NCBI RefSeq assembly: GCF_006345805.1
Contig: NC_042998.1
Coordinates: 190,464,001 to 190,528,000 of the forward strand
Origin: Octopus sinensis
Taxonomy: Eukaryota
DNA length: 64,000 nucleotides
Direction of reading: 5' to 3'
Made by a program: the position numbers and the translations under genes. The notes below the pieces were generated by a model. That model had not been told where the DNA came from. It was given only the letters and a program-made list of their open reading frames with translations, and did not search any database. How positions within the stretch are numbered: the first letter of the stretch is position 1; the number at the start of each line of letters is the position of its first letter. Below, in pieces: positions 53,830-64,000 of this stretch.

Positions 53830-54062
53830 TATTTCTTTACTACCCACAAGGGGCTAAACACAGAGGGGACAAACAAGGACAAGACAAACGAATTAAGTCG
53901 ATTACATCGACCCCAGTGCGTAACTGGTACTTAATTTATCGACCCTTGAAAGGATGAAAGGCAAAGTCGACCGCGGCGGAATCTGAACTCAGAACGTAAC
54001 GGCAGACGAAATACGGCCACGCATTTCGCCCGGTGTGCTAACGTTTCTGCCAGCTCGCCGCC
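53830..54062 (-). mobile_element. SINE family B nested in an older forward SINE B-related copy (53697-54210)
   Basis: TSD ttcgggtcgataaaa at 53811-25 and 54063-77. Confidence 0.88.
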
Positions 54063-54414
54063 TTCGGGTCGATAAAATATAGCACCGGCCAAATACAAGA
54101 GTATATCATTTTCAATGTTTCATTCGAATTTGCGTACCCACGAAAACAATAATCAATTAACCCCTCCCACTAAAAATTGATGGCTTTGTGCCAAAATTTG
54201 TAATAAAAAGAATATTATTGGGCTAGCAGGGTAGCGTTTCTCAGTTCAGGGTAGACCTGTTGCGAGGAGGGAATTCTGAGGATTGAGAAGGAAGCAGACA
54301 AATTGCTTCGTTTAATAAGATTTGATGGTTTTTAAACTTTTTAAACGTGTTCAACATCTTGGGGAAGAAAGAATTAAATGGAAGCAAACTCTAGTTTATT
54401 TTCTCGTTCATCTT

Positions 54415-54793
54415 GAAGCACTCCGTCGGTTACGACGACGAGGGTTCCGGTTGATCCGATCAACGGAACAGCCTGCTCGTGAAATTAACGTGTAAGTGGC
54501 TGAGCACTCCACAGACACGTGTACCCTTAACGTAGTTCTCGGGGATATTCAGCGTGACACAGAGAGTGACAAAGCCGGCCCTTTGAAATACAGGTACAAC
54601 AGAAACAGGAAGTAAGAGTGAGAGAAAGTTGTGGCGAAAGAGTACAGCAGGGATCACCACCATCCCTGCCGGAGCCTCGTGGAGCTTTTAGGTGTTTTCG
54701 CTCAATTAACACTCACAACGCCCGGTCTGGGAATCGAAACCGCGATCCTACGACCGCGAGTCCGCTGCCCTAACCACTGGACCATTGCGCCTC
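54415..54793 (-). mobile_element. SINE family C, full length
   Basis: Matches 13401-13781. Confidence 0.93.
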
Positions 54794-55037
54794 TTTCTAG
54801 TTCATAAATAGAGAGAGAGAGAGAGAGAGGGGGGGGGAAGGAATGGTAGACAAAAAAAAATGTCATTTTTTGGCGTGACTTTGTGAACCACTAAAGAAAG
54901 GAACGTCTACGGGGTTGGTTGTTCAACCTGCTAAAATAGCCTTGCAAATGTATGCACAACTACCAATCCCTTCTGACTAATACAAACACACACATACATA
55001 TTAAACAGAGGCCATCGACCAGCCTAAATGGATTACC

Positions 55038-55271
55038 CATTTCTTTACTACTCACAAGAGGCTAAGCACAGAGAGAACAAACAAAGACAGACAAACGGAT
55101 TAAGTCGATTATATCGACCCCCAGTGCGTAACTGGTACTTATTTAATCGATCCCGAAAGGATGAAAGGCAAAGTCGACCTCGGCGGAATTTGAACTGAGA
55201 ACGTAGCGGCAGACGAAATACGGCTACGCATTTCGCCCAGCGTGCTAACGTTTCTGCCAGCTCGCCGCCTT
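55038..55271 (-). mobile_element. SINE family B, monomer
   Basis: Imperfect TSD agcctaaatggattacc / agccgaaatgaattacc. Confidence 0.9.
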
Positions 55272-55688
55272 TTTAGCCGAAATGAATTACCGCACTCTAT
55301 TTTGTGTTGCTTACTTTCCCTGATCGTTAAGTAATATTAAGTAATAATAGATTATTGCCCTTGTAAATATGCAGAAAACATTCTGCAAGCATTTGAACGT
55401 AGAACGCCCAGGCATCCAATGATTTTGGTAAATGTTTCCATCTTCCGACAAAAATATACCTTACCTTCATTATAAAACTTCGTTACAAGACTATATTCAT
55501 TTTCAGTGTTTCACTCGAACTTGCGTACCCTCGAAAACAGTAATTATAAATATTTAATTAAAACACATACATACATATGTGTGTATGAGCAAGTACAGAA
55601 TAACTATAAATGATACATTTGTAGCTAATAATGTCAATTTAATTGAATCAAATGACGAAGTAGAACAATATTTGAGACAAGCGAAATT

Positions 55689-56474
55689 ATGAGCTATTAC
55701 AGAATACTGAAAAAATTAGGGTCCGGTACATTTGGAAATGTATTTCTCGTTGTTAACGTTTGGACGAAAAAGCAATACGCTTTGAAAGAAATTGGAAATG
55801 TTCGAAATGAAAAACAACTAGCATCCGCAATGAAAGAAATATCAGTTCTAAAGGAATTAAATCATCCTTTTATTGTCCAGTTCTATGGGTATTTTCATAA
55901 AAACGGATGTTTATCCATAGTTCTTGAATACTGTAGTTTTGGTGATTTGAGCAAAGTCATACAGTATTTTCGTTTCAGCTCAAGTTCGCAATGGATGATA
56001 TACAACCTTATTTCTCAGGTAGTTCTCGGTTTGCGATATATGCACAGTCGAAATATTATTCATCGGGATCTGAAGCCTCAAAACATATTAGTAAGCAAGA
56101 ATTTCAGTGTTAAAATTTCGGATTTTGGCCTCGCTCGGAAATTGCTAACGCCTTTTGCATACACGTGTGCCGGGACAGTATTATATATGTCACCCGAGGT
56201 GTACAGCGGTAAACCATATGATTTCACAACGGACATTTGGTCTTTCGGCGTAGTATTGTACGAAGTAATTACGCAACGTAGGCCTTTTAGTGAAGTTTCA
56301 CAAATGTTGAAAGCTGCATACGATCCACTTGACAAACGAATCGCCCGAGACCTGCGTTATATTGTTTTTTGGTCACTTCACCTGGACCCAAAGAAACGGA
56401 TGACTCTCCATACTATCCTCCGCTGTACTTCTATATCTACTTTTATTCACAAGCATTATCCACATTACATTTAA
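55689..56474 (+). CDS. Intronless NIMA/NEK-like serine/threonine protein kinase (kinase domain only, 261 aa)
   Basis: GSGTFG glycine loop, YALKEI (catalytic Lys), AMKE (alphaC Glu), HPFIV, HRDLKPQN, DFG, GTVLYMSPE, DIWSFG, DPKKR. In-frame stop upstream at 55653; A at -3 of the ATG. EYC..GDL, KPYD and DIWSFG resemble the NEK1/3/4/5 group. Confidence 0.9.
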   Translation: MSYYRILKKLGSGTFGNVFLVVNVWTKKQYALKEIGNVRNEKQLASAMKEISVLKELNHPFIVQFYGYFHKNGCLSIVLEYCSFGDLSKVIQYFRFSSSSQWMIYNLISQVVLGLRYMHSRNIIHRDLKPQNILVSKNFSVKISDFGLARKLLTPFAYTCAGTVLYMSPEVYSGKPYDFTTDIWSFGVVLYEVITQRRPFSEVSQMLKAAYDPLDKRIARDLRYIVFWSLHLDPKKRMTLHTILRCTSISTFIHKHYPHYI

Positions 56475-56762
56475 TTCAGAAACTTTACTAGCGCTGTTCA
56501 GTCCATAAGTAAACAAATTGGATAAATTGTATTTGTTAAAAATATTTCACCAAAATCTTCTGAAAGTACATAATGTTATGTATTTTTTTTTTCAAACGAA
56601 TATTTAAAATTTGATCAAATCTTTTTTACATATTCTTTTTCTACTTTCGTAATTCTGGTGTTCTCAATTAAGAGTTGTTGATTATACACGGCTATAATTG
56701 TACCTGTTTTTATTTAATAATTGTTACCTGTTTTTTAAAATTTATTTTACCAAGCTCTATTT

Positions 56763-56768
56763 AATAAA
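56763..56768 (+). terminator. Candidate polyadenylation signal of the kinase gene
   Basis: First AATAAA I found downstream, ~290 bp after the stop; AT-rich context lowers specificity. Confidence 0.4.
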
Positions 56769-56819
56769 CTCGGTATTTTGAAACGCCAAATAATTCCTCT
56801 AAGTGCAAGTACCATTTAT

Positions 56820-57165
56820 CTTGTTTCAGTCACTAGATTGCGGTGTACTGGGAGCACCGCCTTGAAGGGTTTAGTCGACTAAATGAACCCCATTACTATT
56901 TTTTCTTTTAAAGTCTGGTCTTTCTCTTTTTGTCGAACTGCTAAGTTACAGGGGCGTAAAAAAAAACAAAAAAAACAATACGGTCAAGCGGTGGTTGTAG
57001 AACCTGTATATACAGCGGGCTTCTTTCAGTTTCCGCCTACCAAATCCACTCTAAAGGATTTGGTCAGTTTGGGAATATAGTAGATTTGCCCTAAGTGCCG
57101 CGCTGTGGAACTGAAACCGAAACGGCGTGGTCTCAAGCGAGCTTCTGAACCCCACAGCCATGGCA
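56820..57165 (-). mobile_element. SINE family A (diverged)
   Basis: ttgtttcagtcac...gggcttctttcagtttccg...ccccacagcca. Confidence 0.8.
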
Positions 57166-57661
57166 TGCACTTAGACGTTTTAGGCCAAACCCTGTATATG
57201 ACCAAGTACGTTTATTTTAAATGACTTCCAATTTACGAGTGTTTTTTTTTTTTTTATACACGCACGCAAATAAAATTACGAAAACATTCGTAGATAAACC
57301 AAATTGTATAAATATAAATTTAGTGCCACGAGTAGATCGAAGCTGCTAAATTTACTACATATAGACTTTCAATAGCGTACAAGGTTAGAAAGTTACATTT
57401 GCTATTAGTTTGTTAGAGAATCGTATCACTTGTCTTGGATAAATATAACCGAAAAAAAAAAAAATGAGCAGTAAGTGCTAGACAATCGTGAAACACTTCG
57501 AAGAACTATAAAATAATGTTTTATTGTATTAATATAAATCTATTGAATGGCTCCCTTTTCGGATTCAGAGTCGTTGATACCTTAGCTTCATCAGAATTAT
57601 ATTTTTGTTCTGCTGCACATAAAACTAATTTAGAGAACTATCCTTCATTTGTTACAACTGG

Positions 57662-58058
57662 GGATCTTTTCGGTTTGAACGGCAGTTTTTAAAAAATAAT
57701 TTCCACGTAACTAAACACTTTTAAACTTCGTATACTGGTAGAATGTGTTTATAAAGCATCTTTTTCTCTTGGCTTTATTGAGAAAATTGTATAGTTTGTA
57801 AGATATTTGTTGTTTTTTTTCTTCAATTTCTGAAATTTCAACCAATCAATGACGTCTATTGAGGTGAAAACATTCAGTGCCGCATGAATATGTCCCTCGT
57901 TTAAGAAACAGATTGGGTTTATTCACATTTCTGAAGAAAAAAAGATACCCTAACCCTAAAACATTGAAATGCGATAGATCGATACTAGGGTTATAATTAT
58001 GGGTGATAATTTCTTATGACACCGCTAGAAAAAACTGCCGGTCAAACCGAAAAGATTC
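57662..58058 (+). mobile_element. Telomere-repeat MITE copy
   Basis: Same TIRs; perfect 8-bp TSD ACAACTGG (57654-61, 58059-66). Confidence 0.93.
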
Positions 58059-58258
58059 ACAACTGGACTGTACTTGGAATACTTCCATAAGTTTTTACTT
58101 CAATATATGGAACTTTGAGATAGTCTCTTAATTATTACTGGTGCAAGAATTTCTCATACTTACTGGGAAATCTTGCTGAATGCATGAAGCTTTATATGGC
58201 TAAGGAATATGAAAAAATAAAAATAAGCGAAATAATTTTGGTTAATCCCAGCCTGTAA

Positions 58259-58835
58259 TCATTGAGGCAATATTAGTTTTGCTGAGTTATTAACTTTTAT
58301 TTGCACCTGTGCAGTATGGGCGTTCATTAGATTATCCAGTTTGAGACTGTCGTTACAGGAGAAATTGTTTAATGATATTTCAAGACTATAACTGAAGGTG
58401 GCGAGTAAAAAATATTGGTTTACATACTTCGCAAGACCGCAATCTTTCATGAGGATCTTTTCCTTTTATTTTTCCCTCACAGTTCGATTTTTGTCCAAAT
58501 TTTCTACACCATTATAGTTGCGCATGCTATGTACGAGAACCATACTTTTTGGAGAAATTAATAATGTAGCACGAACAACATTTAGAGTGGGGGAAATATC
58601 GGACACTGCGAATGATAAAAGGATCTCGTTATAAACATTCCACTTCAGTTTAACCAAATTAAGGGGAAAATCACTTGGCTTAGTGACCAAAGAACAGTAA
58701 AAATTTACTGTAAAATTCATTGATATGTTTGTAGAATAATCTAAACGGTATTTCAATTCCCAAGCTTTGATACTAATTTTAGGTCTTCAATGGAAATTTG
58801 AATTAAAATTTTTTCCCTTATCTTTGATTAATTTT
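58259..58835 (-). pseudogene. Unidentified near-open reading frame (~190 codons, two in-frame stops), possible exon or pseudo-exon
   Basis: ORFs 58466-58756 and 58259-58450 share one frame, separated by one TAA; upstream tttacttaattttgcag acceptor-like site. No family recognised. Confidence 0.35.
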
Positions 58836-58869
58836 CTGCAAAATTAAGTAAACCTTGTTAAGTTTTAAA

Positions 58870-59238
58870 TCTCTATATATAAAGCTGAAGTTGTCTGTGT
58901 ATGGCAGGTTTGGTAGCCTTCAACTAACACTATCTCCTCCGAGACCCTGCGGCGCAAGTTGACCAAAATTGAGAGTATGATAGAAGGTTTGCTCTTCCTT
59001 CCGTAGAAGAAAAAATTTCAGATCGGACCATGTTAACACCAAAAATTATTTACATCAAAAAGGTGCTATTTTTTTATGAAAACCCCTATTTTTTACGATT
59101 TTTTGACTGCTGTGTCGCCAATTTTCGATGTATTTCAACCAGAAATAACAAGCTACATAATGCAAAATTTTTACTTTTCAAAAATTCCAATTCTAAAGGG
59201 TCGAAACAAACCCGAGCAACGCCGGGCGATGCTGCTAG
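58870..59238 (+). mobile_element. Complete miniature non-autonomous Helitron (369 bp)
   Basis: A|TCTCTATATATAAAGCTG...; hairpin cccgagcaacgccggg at 59211-26; CTAG (59235-38)|T. Confidence 0.9.
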
Positions 59239-59359
59239 TGCTATATAAAATCAAACTTTCATGTGTAAGAACATTTTTAAAAGGTTAACTAATAATCTTT
59301 GGGGAAATAGTCTTCAATAAATATTATTTTTGATTTCTCGAAGTTCTATATAGTAACAA

Positions 59360-59698
59360 GTGGAGGCGCAATGGCCCAGTAGTTAGGGCAGCGGACTCGC
59401 GGTCGTAGGATCGCGGTTTCGATTCCCAGACCGGGCGTTGTGTTTATTGAGCGAAAACACCTAAAGCTCCATGAGGCTCCGGCAGGGGATGGTGGTGATC
59501 CCTGCTGTACTCTTTCACCACAACTTTCTCTCACTCTTACTTCCTGTTTCTGTTGTACCTGTATTTCAAAGGGCCGGCCTTGTCACTCTCTGTGTCACGC
59601 TGAATATCCCCGAGAACTACGGTAAGGGTACACGTGTCTGTGGAGTGCTCAGCCACTTACACGTTAATTTCACGACCACTGGGCCATTGCGCCTCCAC
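59360..59698 (+). mobile_element. SINE family C, 3'-truncated and capped by an inverted copy of its own head
   Basis: gtggaggcgcaatggcccagtag (59360-82) versus ccactgggccattgcgcctccac (59676-98). Confidence 0.88.
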
Positions 59699-60315
59699 CC
59701 AAGTAACGACATATTTGTTTCTAAACAGTTGTTTCTTTAAGAATGGAGCTTCAGATATAATGTGGCGATTATACCTTTTCTTCAAGACATTAGTAACAAA
59801 GCGGCTCCACACGAAAATCAAAATTATACAAGTAAAAACATATAATTATGTTACTTATTTCAGTCATTTGACACTGCGGCCATGCTGCAGCAGGTCCTCG
59901 AACGTTTTTTTTTTTTTTTGAACAAATCGACCCCTAGACTAAATCGCCGCAAGAGTCGATAAATTTAAGCTTAAATCTATCGACTCTTCCGGCGATTTAG
60001 ATGTATGAGAGTTCAAATTTTTAATTAGCTGGAGGTACGACGCAGCTGTGAATTCGACATACCTGTACATTTAACGCATTTCCAATGCAGAAGCAGCAGA
60101 CAGAGTAATAAGGCTTGATCTTTGAAGTATAATTACAGCCAGTCTAACAGTTTCTGTCTACCATAATTCACTCACAAGGCTTGGGGTAATCTGAGGCTTG
60201 TCTATGTTGTAGTGCAGTAGGATGGAACCCGGCACCTCGTGGTTGCAAAGCGAACTTACCCATAACACCATGTTTGCGTCCTTCGATTATACCAAAGTAG
60301 TTAAATATGGAAGCT

Positions 60316-60365
<50 letters not shown>

Positions 60366-60549
60366 ATATATATATAATAATAAATATTAGGGAATAAATC
60401 CAAATTTACAGGGAAAAAATCAGATTTAGGATTAAATCCAATTTTATAGTAAAATTATAAAATATTATTAGAGACAAAACCACTATTTTGCAAAACAAAC
60501 AAGGAAAGACTAATCAATACATAAAATTTTAATAAATAGTAAAAAAACG

Positions 60550-60591
60550 CCACTACAATCGTTCTTGTCTTGATCGACAATCTTCAGGTGG
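60550..60591 (-). ncRNA. Hammerhead motif in the left arm (one A missing from GAAA)
   Basis: Minus strand: ccac-CTGAAGA-ttgtc/gatcaa/gacaa-GAAC-gatt-GTA-gtgg. Confidence 0.6.
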
Positions 60592-60627
60592 ACTTCCAAT
60601 AAGTCAGGAAACTGACTTATTGGAAGT

Positions 60628-60670
60628 CCACCTGAAGATTGTCGATCAAGACAAGAAACGATTGTAGTGG
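60628..60670 (+). ncRNA. Canonical minimal type-I hammerhead ribozyme
   Basis: ccac-CTGAAGA-ttgtc/gatcaa/gacaa-GAAAC-gatt-GTA^-gtgg: all core nucleotides, three closed stems, predicted cut after 60666. Confidence 0.8.
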
Positions 60671-60754
60671 CGGTTTTTTTGACTATTTATTAAATTTTAT
60701 GTATTGATTAAGTCTTTCCTTGTTTGTTTTGCAAAATTGGTTTTGTCTCTAATA

Positions 60755-60821
<67 letters not shown>

Positions 60822-61037
60822 ATAGAATACAGGAGAGTATTCTCGTTTGAAAGTATCATTTTCACCCCACGCTAATATATAAATGCACACATATATGCGT
60901 GTGTGCACATATAACTACATAGATACGTTATCTATCTATCTATCTATCTATCTGTGTATCTGTCTGTCTGTCTGTCTGTCTGCCTGCCTGCCTGCCTACG
61001 TGCCTGTCTGTCTGTCTTTCTGTCTGTCTATGTGTGT

Positions 61038-61065
<28 letters not shown>

Positions 61066-61070
<5 letters not shown>

Positions 61071-61450
61071 GTAAGAAGCTTGTTTTCCAAACAGTATGGT
61101 TCTCTGTTCGCTCCCACTGCGTGGCACCTTCGGAAAATGTCTTTTACTATAACCTCAGGCTCGACCAAAGACTTGCGAGTGGATTTAGTAGACGAAAACA
61201 TATATATATATATATATATATATGCGCGAGCGCTTGTGTGTGCATTTATTTGTGTCCCTTTGCCCTACCACCGTTGACAACTGGTACTGGTGTGTTTAAT
61301 TCCCCATAACTTAGCGATTCGTTGAAAGAACTGATAGAATAAGTACCAGACTTAGAAAAATAAGTAATGGCGTCGATTCGTTCGATTAAAAATCTTCATG
61401 GCGGCACCCAGCATGGCCGCAGCTTAATAACTGCAACAAGTAAAAGATAT
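61066..61450 (+). mobile_element. SINE family A (diverged)
   Basis: gtgtggtaagaagcttg...cagcatggccgcag...caacaagtaaaaga. Confidence 0.8.
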
Positions 61451-61595
61451 GAGTGTGTGTGTGTGTATGTGTGTGTAACTTAGGTCTGGGCCACTATTTG
61501 TCCAGGCTTAACAAAACAGCACTACCTACTGTGGTCTTTTAAGTGATGTTTTGGGACACCACAGTTCGCTCGTGTTTGGGACACCACAGTTCGCT

Positions 61596-61850
61596 CGGCA
61601 GAATTTGAACTCAGAACGTATCGGCAGACGAAATACCTATTTCTTTACTACCCACAAGGTGATAAACACAGAAAGGACAAACAAGGACAGACAAACGGAT
61701 TAAGTCGATTATATCGACCTCAGTGCGTAACTGGTACTTAATTTATCGACTCCGAAAGGATGAAAGGCAAAGTCGACCTCGGCGGAATTTGAACTCAGAA
61801 CGTAACGGCAGACGAAATACGGCTACGCATTTCGCCCGGTGTGTTAACGT
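61596..61850 (-). mobile_element. SINE family B, truncated dimer
   Basis: Junction gacgaaatacc-tatttcttt at ~61638. Confidence 0.85.
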
Positions 61851-62156
61851 CTTGCATGCGTCCTTATTCTTACTTAGCCTTCTGTTTTTTAAAGTGCTAT
61901 ATCAATTAGTGTAGAATTCTTCTGTAGGCTTTGAGCAGCTATGAAATTTCTACCATGCAAGAATATCTGAAATTGTTATTATGTAGGCGTTGGCAAAAAT
62001 CATTGGTATTCTAGATTCGTTAGCAGAACTCCATCAGCTGTCAATGTTCATATTATATAGTTCGAAATAATAACGGAATCTTTAAGGGGAATCATTGTGA
62101 GAAATAGCAAGCAAATCTCCAAAACGTACTTCATCATTTTTAATATTGAAAGGGTA

Positions 62157-62570
62157 GGATCTTTTCGGTTTGAACGGCAGTTTTTAGCATAATTTCTAGG
62201 TAACTAAAAAATTTTAAACTTCGTATACTGGTAGAATGTGTTTATAAAACATCTTGTTCTCTTGGCTTTATTGAGAAAATTCTATGGTTTGTAAGATATT
62301 TGTTGTTTTTTTCTTCAATTTCTCCAATTTCAACCAATCAATGACCGTCTATTGAGGTGAAAACATTCTGTGCCGTATGAATATGTCCCTCGTTTAAGAA
62401 ACAGATTAGGTTCATTTACATTTCTGAAGAAAAAAGACACCCTTCCCCCACCCATAACCCTAACCCTAAAATAGATTGAAATGCAATAGATCGATACTAG
62501 GGTCATAATTATGAGTGGTAATTTCATATGACACCGCTAGAAAAAACTGCCGTTCAAACCGAAAAGATCC
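62157..62570 (+). mobile_element. Telomere-repeat MITE copy
   Basis: Perfect 29-bp TIRs; perfect 8-bp TSD AAAGGGTA (62149-56, 62571-78). Confidence 0.95.
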
Positions 62571-62975
62571 AAAGGGTACATTGAAATAATATAGTCCTAC
62601 ACACATCTGAAAAGACGCGATCATCACGATCGGGGTGCCTTAGGCTTGCTCGATCAGTATCGGCCTGGAGCTAAATAACAATAACAGTAAACTATTGTTC
62701 ACTACAGTATGTGTTGCTTATTCTGGAAAAAATCAAAACAAAATAAAAGAAACACCCTAAAAAAAAACAAAAAAACTCAAGTAAAACAAACTCGCCGATC
62801 ATATCCTACTCTATTAGAAAACTCTTTTTCTCTTTCTCCCAGCAAAACGATAAACTAATCCTTCGTCATCTATCACTATTCAAATGATTTTGTAATAGAC
62901 ACCCCACTTCATCTGTAGCTGAGCTGTAAGTGCCGTTACTGAGTTACAATACGAAGAAGCTGTTACTGCAATACC

Positions 62976-63579
62976 TATTTCTTTACGACCCACAAGGGGG
63001 CTAAACACAGAGAGGACAAACAAGGACAGACAAACGGATTAAGTCGATTACATCGACCCCAGTGCGTGACTGGTACTTAATTTATCGACCCCGAAAGGAT
63101 GAAAGGCAAAGTCGACCTCGGCAGAATTTGAACTCAAAACGTAACGGCAGACGAAATACCTATTTCTTTACTACCCACAAGGGGCTAAACATAGAGGGGA
63201 CAAATAAGAACAAACAAACGGATTAAGTCGATTCCATCGACCCCAGTGCGTAACTGGTACTTAATTTATCGACCCCGAAAGGATGAAAGGCAAAGTCGAC
63301 CTCGGCGGAATTTGAACTCAGAACGTAGCGGTAGACGAAATACCTATTTCTTTACTACCCACAAGGGGGCTGAACACAGAGAGGACAATCAAGGACAGAC
63401 AAACGGATTAAGTCGATTATATCGGCCCCCAGTGCGTAACTGGTACTTAATTTATCGACCCTGAAAGGATGAAAGGCAAAATCGACCTCGGCGGAATTTG
63501 AACTCAGAGCGTAGCGGCAGACGAAATACGGCTACGCATTTCGCCCGGCGTGCTAACGTTTCTGCCAGCTCGCCGCCTT
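62976..63579 (-). mobile_element. SINE family B, body trimer, with 21-bp TSD
   Basis: Units start at 62976, 63161 and 63345; TSD agaagctgttactgcaatacc at 62955-75 and 63580-600. Confidence 0.95.
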
Positions 63580-64000
63580 AGAAGCTGTTACTGCAATACC
63601 AAGGTAAGTCTAAGTAGTTGATTGCAACCAAGTAACTCTGCTACTTGAATATATCGACTTAAAAGTGCAGTTCTAATGGCTACGATTCTTTCGAATTTTG
63701 AAGGAAGGTTTTTTTTTCTTCTATTTAACTAAATTTGATAACTGGAAACTTTCCGAATCTTCATATGAATAAATAATGTATATACACGTTTCCATAGGTA
63801 TTTTTGATGAAGAAATGTTTGTAAATAACTATTTATACGGGAATTGAGGTTTGAAGAAATGTACATTTATATAAATATATTTATTTGATAAGACAGAAAA
63901 TGAGCTCAATCCACATGCGCTTCTAAAGCAAAAATTTCTTTTCCTTACATTTCTCCAAGTAACGTTTGTGTTCAATAGAATGAAATCTCTGTTTTAATAG

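Larger units (their letters stand above)
60456..60764. repeat. Near-perfect 309-bp palindrome (~152-bp arms, GAAA loop at 60608-60611)
   Basis: The arms match except for a few single-base indels and mismatches; (TA)n on both sides. Confidence 0.95.

Noticed and set aside
55605-55610. TATA box for the kinase
   Set aside because: TATAAA is frequent by chance in this AT-rich DNA and the transcription start is unknown.
56078-56335. 85-aa antisense ORF within the kinase
   Set aside because: A shadow ORF from the sense-strand codon structure, with no motif.
61550-61598. Direct repeat tttgggacaccacagttcgctcg x2
   Set aside because: A simple local duplication at a truncated SINE end, with no further structure.
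62976-63579. Regular tandem repeats as a possible CRISPR array or satellite
   Set aside because: There are no unique spacers, the context is eukaryotic, and the units are SINE bodies enclosed by a TSD.

Overview
This is AT-rich, microsatellite-saturated eukaryotic DNA. The SINE families and the (TA)n/(TATG)n/(TATC)n load point to an octopod cephalopod (Octopus-like); this is recognition-based inference. Nearly all ORFs in the supplied track are microsatellite or repeat artefacts. The one convincing intact protein-coding gene is an intronless, kinase-domain-only NIMA/NEK-like Ser/Thr kinase (55689-56474, +) with all catalytic motifs. The rest is transposon landscape: at least four tRNA-derived SINE families (many with TSDs, nested or multimerised); five copies of a ~400-450 bp MITE with GG-starting 29-bp TIRs, 8-bp TSDs and internal (CCCTAA)n; pogo- and mariner-type MITEs; two Helitrons with both termini plus relics; relics of RTE, R4/Dong-like, Tx1/L1-like and Penelope-like retroelements. 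Reading both strands by hand gave about ten minimal type-I hammerhead-ribozyme motifs from several unrelated families. One is fully canonical and sits in a near-perfect 309-bp palindrome (60456-60764); another is carried by a tRNA-headed element. Many boundaries are approximate and identities were judged by eye, not computed.
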